From Nitrospirota bacterium (lineage in GTDB: Bacteria > Nitrospirota > UBA9217): a DNA stretch of 64,000 nucleotides. Under the pieces are notes generated by a model. It was not told where the DNA came from and made no database searches. It saw only the letters and a program-made list of their open reading frames with translations. The stretch's first letter is position 1. Every line of letters starts with the position of its first letter. The stretch is from positions 1,952,001 through 2,016,000 of the forward strand of contig OY760142.1 in the NCBI GenBank assembly GCA_963663225.1, read 5' to 3'. This document shows positions 18,439-27,883 of the stretch, piece after piece. Both the position numbers and the translations under genes were made by a program.

Positions 18439-19689
18439 ATGGCTATTAATTCAGCGGAAGCAACAGGGCTCAGCGAGAAAAAAGCAGGAGCCATCTTGCC
18501 GCAACCACTGGGGGGCTTGTTGAACCTTGCCTTACTGCTTTTACTGTCCGAAGCAATATGGTATGGACTCTTTTCTCCGGCAGGCCCGGTAAGTCTTTAC
18601 ACGCCCAATGTCGGGCTTGCCCTTGTTATTACCATTCTCATGGTTATACACTGGGGTGTTGATGTGTTCGATTTCTGGCCGTTCAGCAGAAGTTTTATCC
18701 GTGAGGGAAATCCGATCATTAAGGGTATAATTCTTCTCGCGGTGTATGTTGGGGCTGCAATCGTGGTCATGTTCGGCATATATTACAACGTTGTCGGACG
18801 CTTCGGCCCGGTGTTTTTCAGCGGCCCCCAGCTGATTGTGAGCGGCGGATTGGGACAATATTCGCAGACTGCAATCGAGAATGGCTGCTACGCACAGATT
18901 ATGATGAACACCTGCATTATTTTCTTCACGATCCTGTGGGTAAGAAGTTTCAACTTCTCACCATGGCAGCAGAACACTTCGGTGGTCAAATCGTTTTCAG
19001 CCTGGCTTATGGGGATGTTCCTTGCGATTCTTGCCTTCTCGGTGCTTTTCTATCCCCATATCGCGTATCAGTTCTATCCTCCCCAGATATTTATGGCAGC
19101 ACAGCCGTGGTGGTCCGATTGGGCCATGACCCAAAGCAGCTTGTTCCATTTCGGCTGGATTGTGCCTGCACTCGTCCTTCTTTACTGGACGAAGATGCTG
19201 TGGGAAGACCGGCCTTTTTCCCTCATTAAGTCCGTATGGCTAAGGGGAGCCGTTATGATGATTTCAGTCATTGCGGGCGGAATACTCATCATGTTCGCCG
19301 CAAACTCGATCATGAATTGGTATTTCGGAGGGGAAGCGTTCCTGGGAGGAAACACCACGGAGCAGCCGGCATGGAGATGGAACCATGTTGCGGAAATGGC
19401 CATGTTCATGCAGACGGCCGCTGTCATCTTGTATTACTATTTTGACAACTGGCCTTCGAAATTAAGCTTGCCGGTGCGGGCCGTGGTCAGAACTGCAATT
19501 GCGGTTGTGGGTGGCTTGATCATTGCCAAGCTGTACTATCTTCTGGGACCTACGTTTCTCGGAACCGTTCAGGGAATAGGCCAGGACAACGATACAAGCC
19601 TCTGCTGGACTGTCATGGTGCTGATCCTGATTGTTGCGCATGGAGAATTTTTTGATGGTTTCCCGTTTAAGAAGCGAGCAGTAAAATAA
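18439..19689 (+). CDS. Polytopic integral membrane protein, putative transporter of unassigned family
   Basis: About 10-11 hydrophobic segments, Trp/Pro-rich repeated loop motif, GAGGAGG RBS. Confidence 0.8.
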   Translation: MAINSAEATGLSEKKAGAILPQPLGGLLNLALLLLLSEAIWYGLFSPAGPVSLYTPNVGLALVITILMVIHWGVDVFDFWPFSRSFIREGNPIIKGIILLAVYVGAAIVVMFGIYYNVVGRFGPVFFSGPQLIVSGGLGQYSQTAIENGCYAQIMMNTCIIFFTILWVRSFNFSPWQQNTSVVKSFSAWLMGMFLAILAFSVLFYPHIAYQFYPPQIFMAAQPWWSDWAMTQSSLFHFGWIVPALVLLYWTKMLWEDRPFSLIKSVWLRGAVMMISVIAGGILIMFAANSIMNWYFGGEAFLGGNTTEQPAWRWNHVAEMAMFMQTAAVILYYYFDNWPSKLSLPVRAVVRTAIAVVGGLIIAKLYYLLGPTFLGTVQGIGQDNDTSLCWTVMVLILIVAHGEFFDGFPFKKRAVK

Positions 19690-19700
19690 TCATAATTTGC

Positions 19701-19738
19701 GACCGTTCCGGCCATTTGGCCGGAACGGTCAGATTTTT
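19701..19738 (+). terminator. Rho-independent terminator-like hairpin
   Basis: GACCGTTCCGGCC/GGCCGGAACGGTC 13-bp stem followed by AGATTTTT. Confidence 0.7.
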
Positions 19739-19792
19739 AGGTAAGAAAAGCTTCATACGGGAGATATAGGAAGTAAATCTAGGAGCGTTAAT

Positions 19793-20095
19793 ATGGAATT
19801 ACCAGACAGATCTTTTTTAACAGGCATTATTCGTGAAATAGCGCAGGTCACAGCTGCATTTAAAGAAAGCTATGCCGAAGTCCAAGATGAAATGAAGCAG
19901 ATTATAGACTTTGAGGATCTTCCCATAGCATCCACATATCCCCGGGAGCTTTTCGAGGAAGAAGCCAAGAGACTGGGGATCGACATTGATGCGGTCGGTG
20001 AGCAGGAGGCGATCAAGCAAATTGTGATGCTCCAGTTTGAGCGGGAGAAGGGAAAAACCGGTATGCAGCTTGATGAAGAAAAGTCCAGGACGTGA
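19793..20095 (+). CDS. Hypothetical acidic protein (100 aa)
   Basis: AGGAG RBS and plausible helical composition. Confidence 0.65.
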   Translation: MELPDRSFLTGIIREIAQVTAAFKESYAEVQDEMKQIIDFEDLPIASTYPRELFEEEAKRLGIDIDAVGEQEAIKQIVMLQFEREKGKTGMQLDEEKSRT

Positions 20096-20142
20096 CCGGT
20101 GCGGGCTTGTCTTCGCTTGCAGAATACAATATCAGCGGTTTC

Positions 20143-20790
20143 TTATATGACCAGTAACTCACGCTCGCCACTAAGGTATTTGCGGGCCAGGAGAAGGATT
20201 CTCAGATAGTAATTGTCGAGACAGGAAACGAAATCAGAACTTGATGCCCGCAATGGTTCGGCAGGGGAACCCTCTCCCCGAAAGAACATTCCGGTAACAT
20301 GCGGCTCTTTTCCCGAGAACAGCCTGATTCCGGAATCGATATCCAGCACGAACACACCATCAACCTCTTCCTTTTGCAAGATCAAATCCTGTACATTCAG
20401 CGGATAGGGCAGCAAAAAAACATCTTGGAATTCATATTCGCGTACTCCGGGCGTGAAACCGTATACACACACTCTTGGTCCAACGGGGACAAGCTGTTCA
20501 AACCGTACGTCGAGACCCAGTTCTTCCCGGATTTCACGGAGGCCTGCCGTTCGTGCTTCCTCTCCTGATACATAATGCCCGCCCACGCTCACATCAAGTT
20601 TTCCCGGGGCGACTTTTTTTTCGGATGAACGCCTCTGAAAAAGTGCCGTGGCAACACCGTTTTGCCGGTAGATGATCAGGCAGTGAAAGGCTCCGTGCCA
20701 GGCGCCCGTTCTGTGCGCTTCATCGCGCGTGATAACCCGGCCGGTTTTTTTGCCGGTGTCGTCCAGTAGGTCGAAATATTCAGGAGCCAT
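20143..20790 (-). CDS. NUDIX hydrolase (isopentenyl-diphosphate isomerase-like)
   Basis: AHRTGAWH, FQRRS..K...PG..DVSVGGH, GE-x6-REIREELG Nudix box. Start moved to ATG 20790 (GAGG RBS). Confidence 0.88.
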   Translation of the reverse strand: MAPEYFDLLDDTGKKTGRVITRDEAHRTGAWHGAFHCLIIYRQNGVATALFQRRSSEKKVAPGKLDVSVGGHYVSGEEARTAGLREIREELGLDVRFEQLVPVGPRVCVYGFTPGVREYEFQDVFLLPYPLNVQDLILQKEEVDGVFVLDIDSGIRLFSGKEPHVTGMFFRGEGSPAEPLRASSSDFVSCLDNYYLRILLLARKYLSGERELLVI

Positions 20791-20917
20791 ACGCTGTTCC
20801 TCGGTGTTTTTTTTTATCTGGTTCCATTCCTTAGGAGAAGCTGTTTGACCGCCCAAGATCGTGTTACGATTTCCGCATGTGTAAAATACAGCGGTTTTGC
20901 CGGGTGACGCGTGCAAT

Positions 20918-20993
20918 AAAAAAAGCCACCAAGACATGCGCTGGGGCATACAGAACAGGCAGGGGGGCGTATGCCAGCGCTTCCTCGTGGCTT
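20918..20993 (-). terminator. Long interrupted hairpin plus U7 tract downstream of ihfB
   Basis: AGCCAC..GCGCTGGCATAC-loop-GTATG..CCAGCGC..GTGGCT followed by T7 on the minus strand. Confidence 0.6.
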
Positions 20994-21050
20994 AGGATGT
21001 CACAAGACCAGTATAAAAAGACAATAGATGGAGATTATTGAACGCTCAGA

Positions 21051-21338
21051 TTAGGAAACTTTTCCATCCACCATTTCCCGCATCTCTTTGCCCGCTTTGA
21101 AGAAAGGGACTTTTTTGGGCGGCACCGATACGGTTTCACCGGTCTTGGGATTTCTTCCTTCCTTTGCGCGGCGATGCCGTATACGGAAACTCCCAAAACC
21201 GCGGATTTCTACTTTGTCTTCCCGCGAGAGCGCGTCCTTGATTCCATCAAGGACGGTGTTTACAACGATTTCGACCTGTTTCCTGGTGAGCCCAGGCTTC
21301 TTTTCCGCTATCTTATCTACCAAATCCGCCTTTGTCAT
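21051..21338 (-). CDS. ihfB: Integration host factor subunit beta
   Basis: MTKADL, VEIRGFGSF, GRNPKTGE, PFFKAGKEMRE. Follows rpsA-sppA. Confidence 0.92.
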   Translation of the reverse strand: MTKADLVDKIAEKKPGLTRKQVEIVVNTVLDGIKDALSREDKVEIRGFGSFRIRHRRAKEGRNPKTGETVSVPPKKVPFFKAGKEMREMVDGKVS

Positions 21339-21364
21339 GCAATACCCCCTTCACCTTACGATTA

Positions 21365-22294
21365 TTATCGGTAAAGATACTGTAATGACACCGTATTTCT
21401 GTTGAGGCCCTGTGCAAGCACCTCCGCTATCCACGTTGCGCTTTCTTCCTTTAAGTATTCGAAGAAAGGTATCTTTTTCTTTTTTTCAATTATCTGCGGT
21501 TTTCCTTTGATCCCTGCAAGGGCTCCGGCTATACGGATGCTGTCCGCCAGGTCCCCTAATTCATCCACAAGCCTGAGGTCATACGCTTGCCTTCCGGTCA
21601 GGATGCGGCCGTCCGCAACGGCCCTGACTTCGTCTATCGACAGTTTGCGGCCTTCTGCAAGGGCCTCGTTGCGGCCTTTGACAACGGCCTCTATAAACTG
21701 GTTATGGACGTCGTCGATCACCGTTTGAAGAAGTTTTCGTTCCTGTGGAGCCATATCGCGGAAGGGGGAGCCGACGTCTTTATACTCGCCGGCTTTGATG
21801 ACGTTTCCCTTTACGCCGATTTTGTCCAGCAGTTTCTCGATTACAGCAAACTGCATGATGACCCCGATGCTTCCGGTAAGGGTGCCGGGATTGGCAACAA
21901 TTTTATCGGCCGCAGCAGCCACATAGTAGCCCCCTGAAGCTGCAACAGTGCCCATGGATACGATGACTTTCTTTCCTTCTTTTTTGGCGTTTTGCACGGC
22001 ATTATAAATTTCCTGTGAGACTACTACCCCTCCGCCAGGGGTGTCGATGCGGAGGATGATGGCTTTTATTGAAGGATCTTCTGCATAATCATTCAGTTCG
22101 TCCACAACAGGCGCGGACGCCATGAGCACTCCTTCAACCTTGACGAGTGCTATCTTGCCTGATCCCACCATCGGCAGCGTCTTCTTCGTTTTTTTGTTTC
22201 CGGCGAAGAATGACGTTAAGGACATCATAATAAAAAAAATGACGCCGAGTATTACTGCTGTCACCAGCACAATGACGAGAGGATTTCTTTTCAT
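21365..22294 (-). CDS. sppA: Signal peptide peptidase SppA (S49)
   Basis: DTPGG, ASGGYY, GSIGV, GEYKD motifs and an N-terminal TM. Confidence 0.93.
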   Translation of the reverse strand: MKRNPLVIVLVTAVILGVIFFIMMSLTSFFAGNKKTKKTLPMVGSGKIALVKVEGVLMASAPVVDELNDYAEDPSIKAIILRIDTPGGGVVVSQEIYNAVQNAKKEGKKVIVSMGTVAASGGYYVAAAADKIVANPGTLTGSIGVIMQFAVIEKLLDKIGVKGNVIKAGEYKDVGSPFRDMAPQERKLLQTVIDDVHNQFIEAVVKGRNEALAEGRKLSIDEVRAVADGRILTGRQAYDLRLVDELGDLADSIRIAGALAGIKGKPQIIEKKKKIPFFEYLKEESATWIAEVLAQGLNRNTVSLQYLYR

Positions 22295-22300
22295 GACGGC

Positions 22301-23995
22301 CTAGCCCCGTTCTTTCATCAACGCGCCCAGCGTGGTATCAGGTTTTGGCTGTTGGCTCATATATTCCCGAAGCGTTGTTCTGTCATAGCCCTTCAGGTAT
22401 GATTTAATGGAAAGCGCTATTCTCCTGTCACTTCTATCCACTTTGACAACGCGTGCGGTCACTTCATCGCCTTCCTTGACATCGCCGCTTTCCTTCGGAA
22501 TTTCCGACGCTGGTATCAGCCCTTCGATGCCGAACTCAAGCTCAACGAACATGCCGAAATCAGCCTTCTTGGTCACCTTGACTTTTTCATCGCTGCCCAC
22601 CTTGTACCGTTCAAGCAAGGCTTTTTCCCACGGGTCGGGATTCAACTGTTTGATCCCCAAGGAGATGCGCTCTTTCTGGGGGTCGATGGACAGCACGACT
22701 GCCTTTGTTTTCTGGCCTTTTTTGAGGACCTCGGACGGGTGCTTTATATGTTTTGTCCAGGACAAATCGGAAATATGAATGAGACCGTCTATGCCTTCTT
22801 CCACGCCGATGAATGCTCCGAAATCAGTCAACGTTCTGATTTTCCCCTCAATTTCCGAACCGACAGGGTAGCGGTCTCCGAGGTTATGCCAAGGATTCGG
22901 CGTCACTTGTTTTATCCCGAGCGAAATGCGTTTATTGGCCGGATCTACCGAGAGCACCTGGGCCTCAACGGTATCGCCGACGGAGACCACTTTGGAAGGA
23001 TGCTTTATCTTTTGCGTCCAGGACATTTCGGAGACATGAATAAGCCCTTCAACGCCGGTTTCCAGTTCAATGAATGCGCCATACTCAGCCAGACTTACCA
23101 CTTTGCTCGCGACCTTGCTTCCCACCGGGTATTTCTGTGCGACCGTGAGCCAGGGATCCTGTGTTTTCTGCTTGAGTCCCAGAGATACTTTTTGCTTTTC
23201 ACGGTCGTATTTCAGCACCACCACGTCTACCGGCGCGCCGACCGTAAACAACTCTGAAGGGTGGTTGATCCTTCCCCAGGACATGTCCGTAATATGGAGC
23301 AATCCATCGATGCCGCCGAGGTCGACAAAAGCACCGTACTCGGTTATGTTCTTGATGACTCCGTGCACAATCTGCCCTTCAGCCAGAGAAGCAAGTCGTT
23401 CCTCTTTGCGGGCGATCTGATCGGCCTCAAGCAGCGCCCTGCGGGAGAGGACGATATTCCCCCGCCCGGAGTTCATTTTGAGAATTTTCATTTCCATGGC
23501 CTGGCCAAGCAGCTGATTAAAATTCTGAACCGGTTTCACATCGATTTGCGAACCAGGCAGGAATGCCATTACTCCGCCGATGTCCACCGTCAGGCCTCCC
23601 TTGATTGCCGCGACTATTTTCCCTACGATGGGTGTTCCGGTTTGATAAGCGCGGTTGATCGTGTCCCAAATCTGCAATTTTTTGGCTTTTTCCCGGGACA
23701 ACAACAGATTGCCGCGAAAATCTTCCGCAGTTTCAATCAACACTTCGAGCTCGTCGCCGGGTTTGAGATTCTTGAGTTCCTCTTCGGTAAATTGCTCTGC
23801 GGGAATGATGCCGTCCGATTTGTATCCGAGATCCAGCATCACGACGCCGGATTGGACCTGCAGCACGCGCCCACGCACCACCGTTCCTGCTTTGAAGCTT
23901 TTCAGTGACTGATTGTAAAGTTTCTCAAATTCGGTCTCGTTCTGTTCCGTTTGTGAAGCGTCTTCATGCTCGAAGTGATCGCGCGCAGTGTTCAT
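22301..23995 (-). CDS. rpsA: 30S ribosomal protein S1
   Basis: Six S1 repeats (YGAFVDLGGIDGLLHITDMSW etc.). Confidence 0.97.
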   Translation of the reverse strand: MNTARDHFEHEDASQTEQNETEFEKLYNQSLKSFKAGTVVRGRVLQVQSGVVMLDLGYKSDGIIPAEQFTEEELKNLKPGDELEVLIETAEDFRGNLLLSREKAKKLQIWDTINRAYQTGTPIVGKIVAAIKGGLTVDIGGVMAFLPGSQIDVKPVQNFNQLLGQAMEMKILKMNSGRGNIVLSRRALLEADQIARKEERLASLAEGQIVHGVIKNITEYGAFVDLGGIDGLLHITDMSWGRINHPSELFTVGAPVDVVVLKYDREKQKVSLGLKQKTQDPWLTVAQKYPVGSKVASKVVSLAEYGAFIELETGVEGLIHVSEMSWTQKIKHPSKVVSVGDTVEAQVLSVDPANKRISLGIKQVTPNPWHNLGDRYPVGSEIEGKIRTLTDFGAFIGVEEGIDGLIHISDLSWTKHIKHPSEVLKKGQKTKAVVLSIDPQKERISLGIKQLNPDPWEKALLERYKVGSDEKVKVTKKADFGMFVELEFGIEGLIPASEIPKESGDVKEGDEVTARVVKVDRSDRRIALSIKSYLKGYDRTTLREYMSQQPKPDTTLGALMKERG

Positions 23996-24036
23996 TAAAA
24001 TCTCTTCCCTCCTGATAATATGCGGCCGGCAAAAAG

Positions 24037-24879
24037 CTAACCGCCCATCTTCCCGCTTCGTAATTTTTCCAGGACGCCTTCCACCACCCAGTCGGGAGTG
24101 GAGGCCCCTGCAGTAACACCAACTTTGGTCACGCCGTTAAACCACGGCGTCTCAATTTCATCGGCTACTTCGATGTGATATGTCGGCTTGCCTTCCTGCT
24201 GGCAGACGGAGACCAGCCTGCTGGTATTGGCGCTGTTGCGTCCGCCGACCACCAGCATGACATCAACCTTGCCGGCAAGAACGCGGGCAGCGTCCTGTCG
24301 TTCCTGCGTTGAATCGCAGATTGTGTTAAAAACCTTTAATTCCTTGGAAAGACGGAGTAATTTTAACACAATTTTTGAAAAATTGCTATATGATTGCGTC
24401 GTTTGAGCGACGATTCCCAGCCGGTTTTTGAAGTGGATTTCTTCCACGTCGTCAGCTGTTTCCACGACAACCGCGTTATCACCCGCGTACCCCCGGATGC
24501 TTTGCACTTCGGGATGTTTTTTTTCGCCGACGATGACGACCTGGTATCCGTCTTTATGGAGCGCTTCGGCATCCCGTTGCGCCTTGCTTACGAACGGACA
24601 GGTCAGGTCTATGATGCGCAGCCCTTTTTTGCGGATTTCATCCAACACTCCCGGCGGTACGCCGTGCGAACGGATGATAAGGGAATCGCCCTGCGTGAGA
24701 GAAGAAAAGTCTTCGACCAGCTGTACTCCTGCCTGCCGCAGCCGCTCGACCTCCTGGGGATTGTGGATTAATGGTCCCAAACAATATACTTTGCCCTTGG
24801 CGGCAGCCTCAAATGCCGTATTAATTGCCCGCTTCACGCCGAAGCACAGGCCTGCTTTATCAGCAAGATAAACTTCCAT
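24037..24879 (-). CDS. ispH: 4-hydroxy-3-methylbut-2-enyl diphosphate reductase
   Basis: GLCFGVKRA, IHN, RSHG, TCPFV, QTT, TICDST, NSANT, TAGASTP. Confidence 0.96.
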   Translation of the reverse strand: MEVYLADKAGLCFGVKRAINTAFEAAAKGKVYCLGPLIHNPQEVERLRQAGVQLVEDFSSLTQGDSLIIRSHGVPPGVLDEIRKKGLRIIDLTCPFVSKAQRDAEALHKDGYQVVIVGEKKHPEVQSIRGYAGDNAVVVETADDVEEIHFKNRLGIVAQTTQSYSNFSKIVLKLLRLSKELKVFNTICDSTQERQDAARVLAGKVDVMLVVGGRNSANTSRLVSVCQQEGKPTYHIEVADEIETPWFNGVTKVGVTAGASTPDWVVEGVLEKLRSGKMGG

Positions 24880-24946
24880 GCTCACCTCGTGGTATACGCC
24901 TGAGTCAGAAAATAAATATTGGAACCCTCGGCTTTTTGCCGGGCGT

Positions 24947-25630
24947 TTATGGTGCGCGCTCTGCGCGTCTTATCACAGACAACATTGTTTCGATTGTCGC
25001 ATCAATGCTGAGCGCAGTGGAATCGATCAACAGTGCATCGTCGGATTTTTTCAATGGTGCTATATCCCGGCCGCAGTCCTGCTTGTCGCGTTCCTGAATT
25101 TCTCTGGTAATCCGGGCACAGTCCACGTCCAGGCCTTTTGCCTTCAGTTCGAGGTAGCGGCGTTTCCCCCGCGCCTCCGCGCTTGCGTCCAGAAAAAATT
25201 TTACGTCAGCATCAGGAAAGACCACCGTTCCGATGTCCCGACCATCCATAACGACGCCGCCGTTTCTGCCCAGTTCTCTTTGGACGGTGAGCAGCAAAGC
25301 CCTCACCGCCGGCGATTTTGAGACCGCTGAAGCAATCATTCCCATTTCCGGCGTGCGGATTTCTCCGCTCACATCGATTCCATTCACGTAAATCCGGGGA
25401 TCGTTGTTGTCTTTTTTAATCGTAATGATGCTTCGGGTGCATAAGTCCGCGAGTTTGTTCTCATCGGCAGTATCTATGTTCTCCTGCCGGGCTTTCCACC
25501 CGATGGCGCGGTACATGGCTCCGGTGTCAATATAAAGGTAGCCCAAACGTTGCGCGAGAAGCCGGGCAGCGGTGCTCTTTCCCGCACCGGAAGGACCGTC
25601 AATAGCAACTACTAAACCGTTTTTTTTCAT
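24947..25630 (-). CDS. cmk: Cytidylate kinase
   Basis: IDGPSGAGKST, DTGAMYR, DGRDIGTVVFPDA. Confidence 0.96.
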   Translation of the reverse strand: MKKNGLVVAIDGPSGAGKSTAARLLAQRLGYLYIDTGAMYRAIGWKARQENIDTADENKLADLCTRSIITIKKDNNDPRIYVNGIDVSGEIRTPEMGMIASAVSKSPAVRALLLTVQRELGRNGGVVMDGRDIGTVVFPDADVKFFLDASAEARGKRRYLELKAKGLDVDCARITREIQERDKQDCGRDIAPLKKSDDALLIDSTALSIDATIETMLSVIRRAERAP

Positions 25631-25716
25631 GTTCAGAGATACATAACTGCCGTAAAAGATCGTGGCGCAAAAATTGTCTGCCGCACATTGAATTATTCAG
25701 AGCGTACTATCTTTAT

Positions 25717-27015
25717 TTAGTAGGCGGCCTTTTGCAACAACTGCTCAAAACCCGGAAAAGATGTTCCGATCCAGCCGCAATTGTGAACAACCGTGTCTCC
25801 TGTTGCGGCGAGACCTGCCACTGCCATGGACATGGCGATGCGATGGTCGCCATGACTTTCGCAGGCAGCTCCGCTCAGGGATTTCTGTCCCATGATTTCC
25901 ATGCCGTCCGGCCGTTCCATAACGCGCACGCCCATCTTGCGGAGTTCTTCCGCCATGGTTGCCACCCGGTCGGATTCCTTGACCCGCAGTTCCGCCGCGT
26001 CCTGTATCACGGTTGCTCCTTCGGCATAGGCGGCAGCTACTGCCACGATAGGGATTTCGTCAATGGACCGCGGAACCAGGTCTCCGGCTATCCGGACAGC
26101 GTGCAGTTTTTTATATTTGACACGGATATCCGCCACGGGTTCGCCTGCCTGCTCACGCTGGTTTAAAAGCGTGATATCTCCTCCCATGGCAGTCAAAATA
26201 TCGATAATGCCGGTGCGGGTCGGGTTCACTCCCACGTTCAGGATCAGGAGGTCCGAATCCGGCACAATGGATGCTGCTACCAGAAAAAATGCGGCTGATG
26301 ATATGTCCGAAGGGATGTCGATCTGTTTTTTTCCCTGGAGCTTTTGTCTTCCCCGGACACTCACGCACAGCCCTTGCTCTTTGATCTCGACGCCGAAGAA
26401 TCTGAGCATTCGCTCGGTATGGTCCCGGGATTTCGACGGCTCGCTGACGGATGTTTCTCCATCAGCGTACAATCCCGCAAACAAGAGGGCTGATTTGACC
26501 TGTGCACTCGCTATCGGGCTGATGTAATCAATAGCGTTTATCAGGCGTCTTCCACCTCTGATCGAAAACGGAGCGAGTTTTCCTTCTGAACGGCCGTCTA
26601 CCTGGACCCCCATCATTCTGAGCGGATCGATAATTCTGCCCATGGGCCTCTTCACAAGGTATTGATCCCCGGTCAGGATTGAGAAGAAGTCCTGCCCCGC
26701 GAGGACGCCTGCCAGGAGCCTCATGCCGGTTCCCGAGTTTCCGAGGTTGAGTACTCCGGCCGGTTCGGAAAGGCCATCCAATCCTTTCCCGTGCACGACA
26801 AGGCGATCGGTGCCGAGGCCGGTTATCCCAATGCCCATCTGCTGGACCGCTCTCGCTGTGTTTTGGGTATCTTCCCCGGTAAGGAACCCGTTGATGGTTG
26901 TGGACCCTTCAGCAAGAGCGGAACAGAGTACTGCACGATGAGATATGGATTTATCTCCCGGAAGTATAATTTCCCCGTGCAGGCCGCGGGAGGGTTTTAT
27001 CGTGAGGTCGGTCAT
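25717..27015 (-). CDS. aroA: 3-phosphoshikimate 1-carboxyvinyltransferase (class II)
   Basis: PGDKSISHR, GNSGT, SAQVKS, RDHTE, KESDR, DHRIAM. Confidence 0.97.
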   Translation of the reverse strand: MTDLTIKPSRGLHGEIILPGDKSISHRAVLCSALAEGSTTINGFLTGEDTQNTARAVQQMGIGITGLGTDRLVVHGKGLDGLSEPAGVLNLGNSGTGMRLLAGVLAGQDFFSILTGDQYLVKRPMGRIIDPLRMMGVQVDGRSEGKLAPFSIRGGRRLINAIDYISPIASAQVKSALLFAGLYADGETSVSEPSKSRDHTERMLRFFGVEIKEQGLCVSVRGRQKLQGKKQIDIPSDISSAAFFLVAASIVPDSDLLILNVGVNPTRTGIIDILTAMGGDITLLNQREQAGEPVADIRVKYKKLHAVRIAGDLVPRSIDEIPIVAVAAAYAEGATVIQDAAELRVKESDRVATMAEELRKMGVRVMERPDGMEIMGQKSLSGAACESHGDHRIAMSMAVAGLAATGDTVVHNCGWIGTSFPGFEQLLQKAAY

Positions 27016-27879
27016 CTATTCCAATCCCCGCCTGGCCTGGCTTGCGGCAGAAAAATGCGCTTCAAGTTTTTGCTGATCGCCGCTTACTAAATCTTCCCTG
27101 AATCTGTTCAATGCGGCCAGGTAGCGGTCCATCATCTGGATGATGTTGTCGCGGTTGAGGAGGCAGATGTCCTTCCACATTTCCGGCGAGCTTGCTGCAA
27201 TACGGGTAAAGTCGCGAAACCCGGCTCCTGAGAAATTGATATACCGCTCTGCCCCGGTATTCAGCTCCGACACGGCGGACATCATCGCGAAGGCCGCTAC
27301 ATGAGGCATATGGCTGACGGCGGCGAATATTTTGTCGTGCATGTCAGGGGTCATGGTGAGGACTTTTGCTCCGGCCATTGTCCACAGCTCCGTGAGGACG
27401 GCTATTGCCTGTTTGTTTGTTTTTTGGGTCGGCGTGAGGATGCACTTGGTCCCTTGAAACAGGGACTCCGTCGCTTCTGCCACCCCGAATTTTTCCTTGC
27501 CGGCAATTGGGTGGCCCGGGACAAAATGGACGCCCGGAGGCGTACGATCTTCAATAGTTGTTGCCAGTGAGCCTTTTACACTTCCCACATCCGTGAGAAT
27601 TGCCCCGTTCTTGAGGTGGGGCGCAATATCGCGCATGATTGGTTCAAATACTCCCACCGGAGACGCAAGGACAACAAGGTCCGCATCTTCGACTGCGCGT
27701 TTCGCGTCCGGTTCCGCATGGTCAATCACGCCGAGCTTCAATGCCAGTTCAAGCGATTGTTTGCTCCTGCCCGTGCCGGTTATCCGGCCTGCAAGTTTTT
27801 TTGTCTTTAAAACCTTGGCCAGCGAACCGCCGATCAGTCCGACGCCGATGATGGTGACGTTATGAAAAAAAAGCTTCAT
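27016..27879 (-). CDS. tyrA: Prephenate/arogenate dehydrogenase
   Basis: GVGLIGGS, DVGSVK, GHPIAG, HD..AAVSHMPH, FRDFTRIA. Confidence 0.93.
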   Translation of the reverse strand: MKLFFHNVTIIGVGLIGGSLAKVLKTKKLAGRITGTGRSKQSLELALKLGVIDHAEPDAKRAVEDADLVVLASPVGVFEPIMRDIAPHLKNGAILTDVGSVKGSLATTIEDRTPPGVHFVPGHPIAGKEKFGVAEATESLFQGTKCILTPTQKTNKQAIAVLTELWTMAGAKVLTMTPDMHDKIFAAVSHMPHVAAFAMMSAVSELNTGAERYINFSGAGFRDFTRIAASSPEMWKDICLLNRDNIIQMMDRYLAALNRFREDLVSGDQQKLEAHFSAASQARRGLE

Positions 27880-27883
27880 GATT

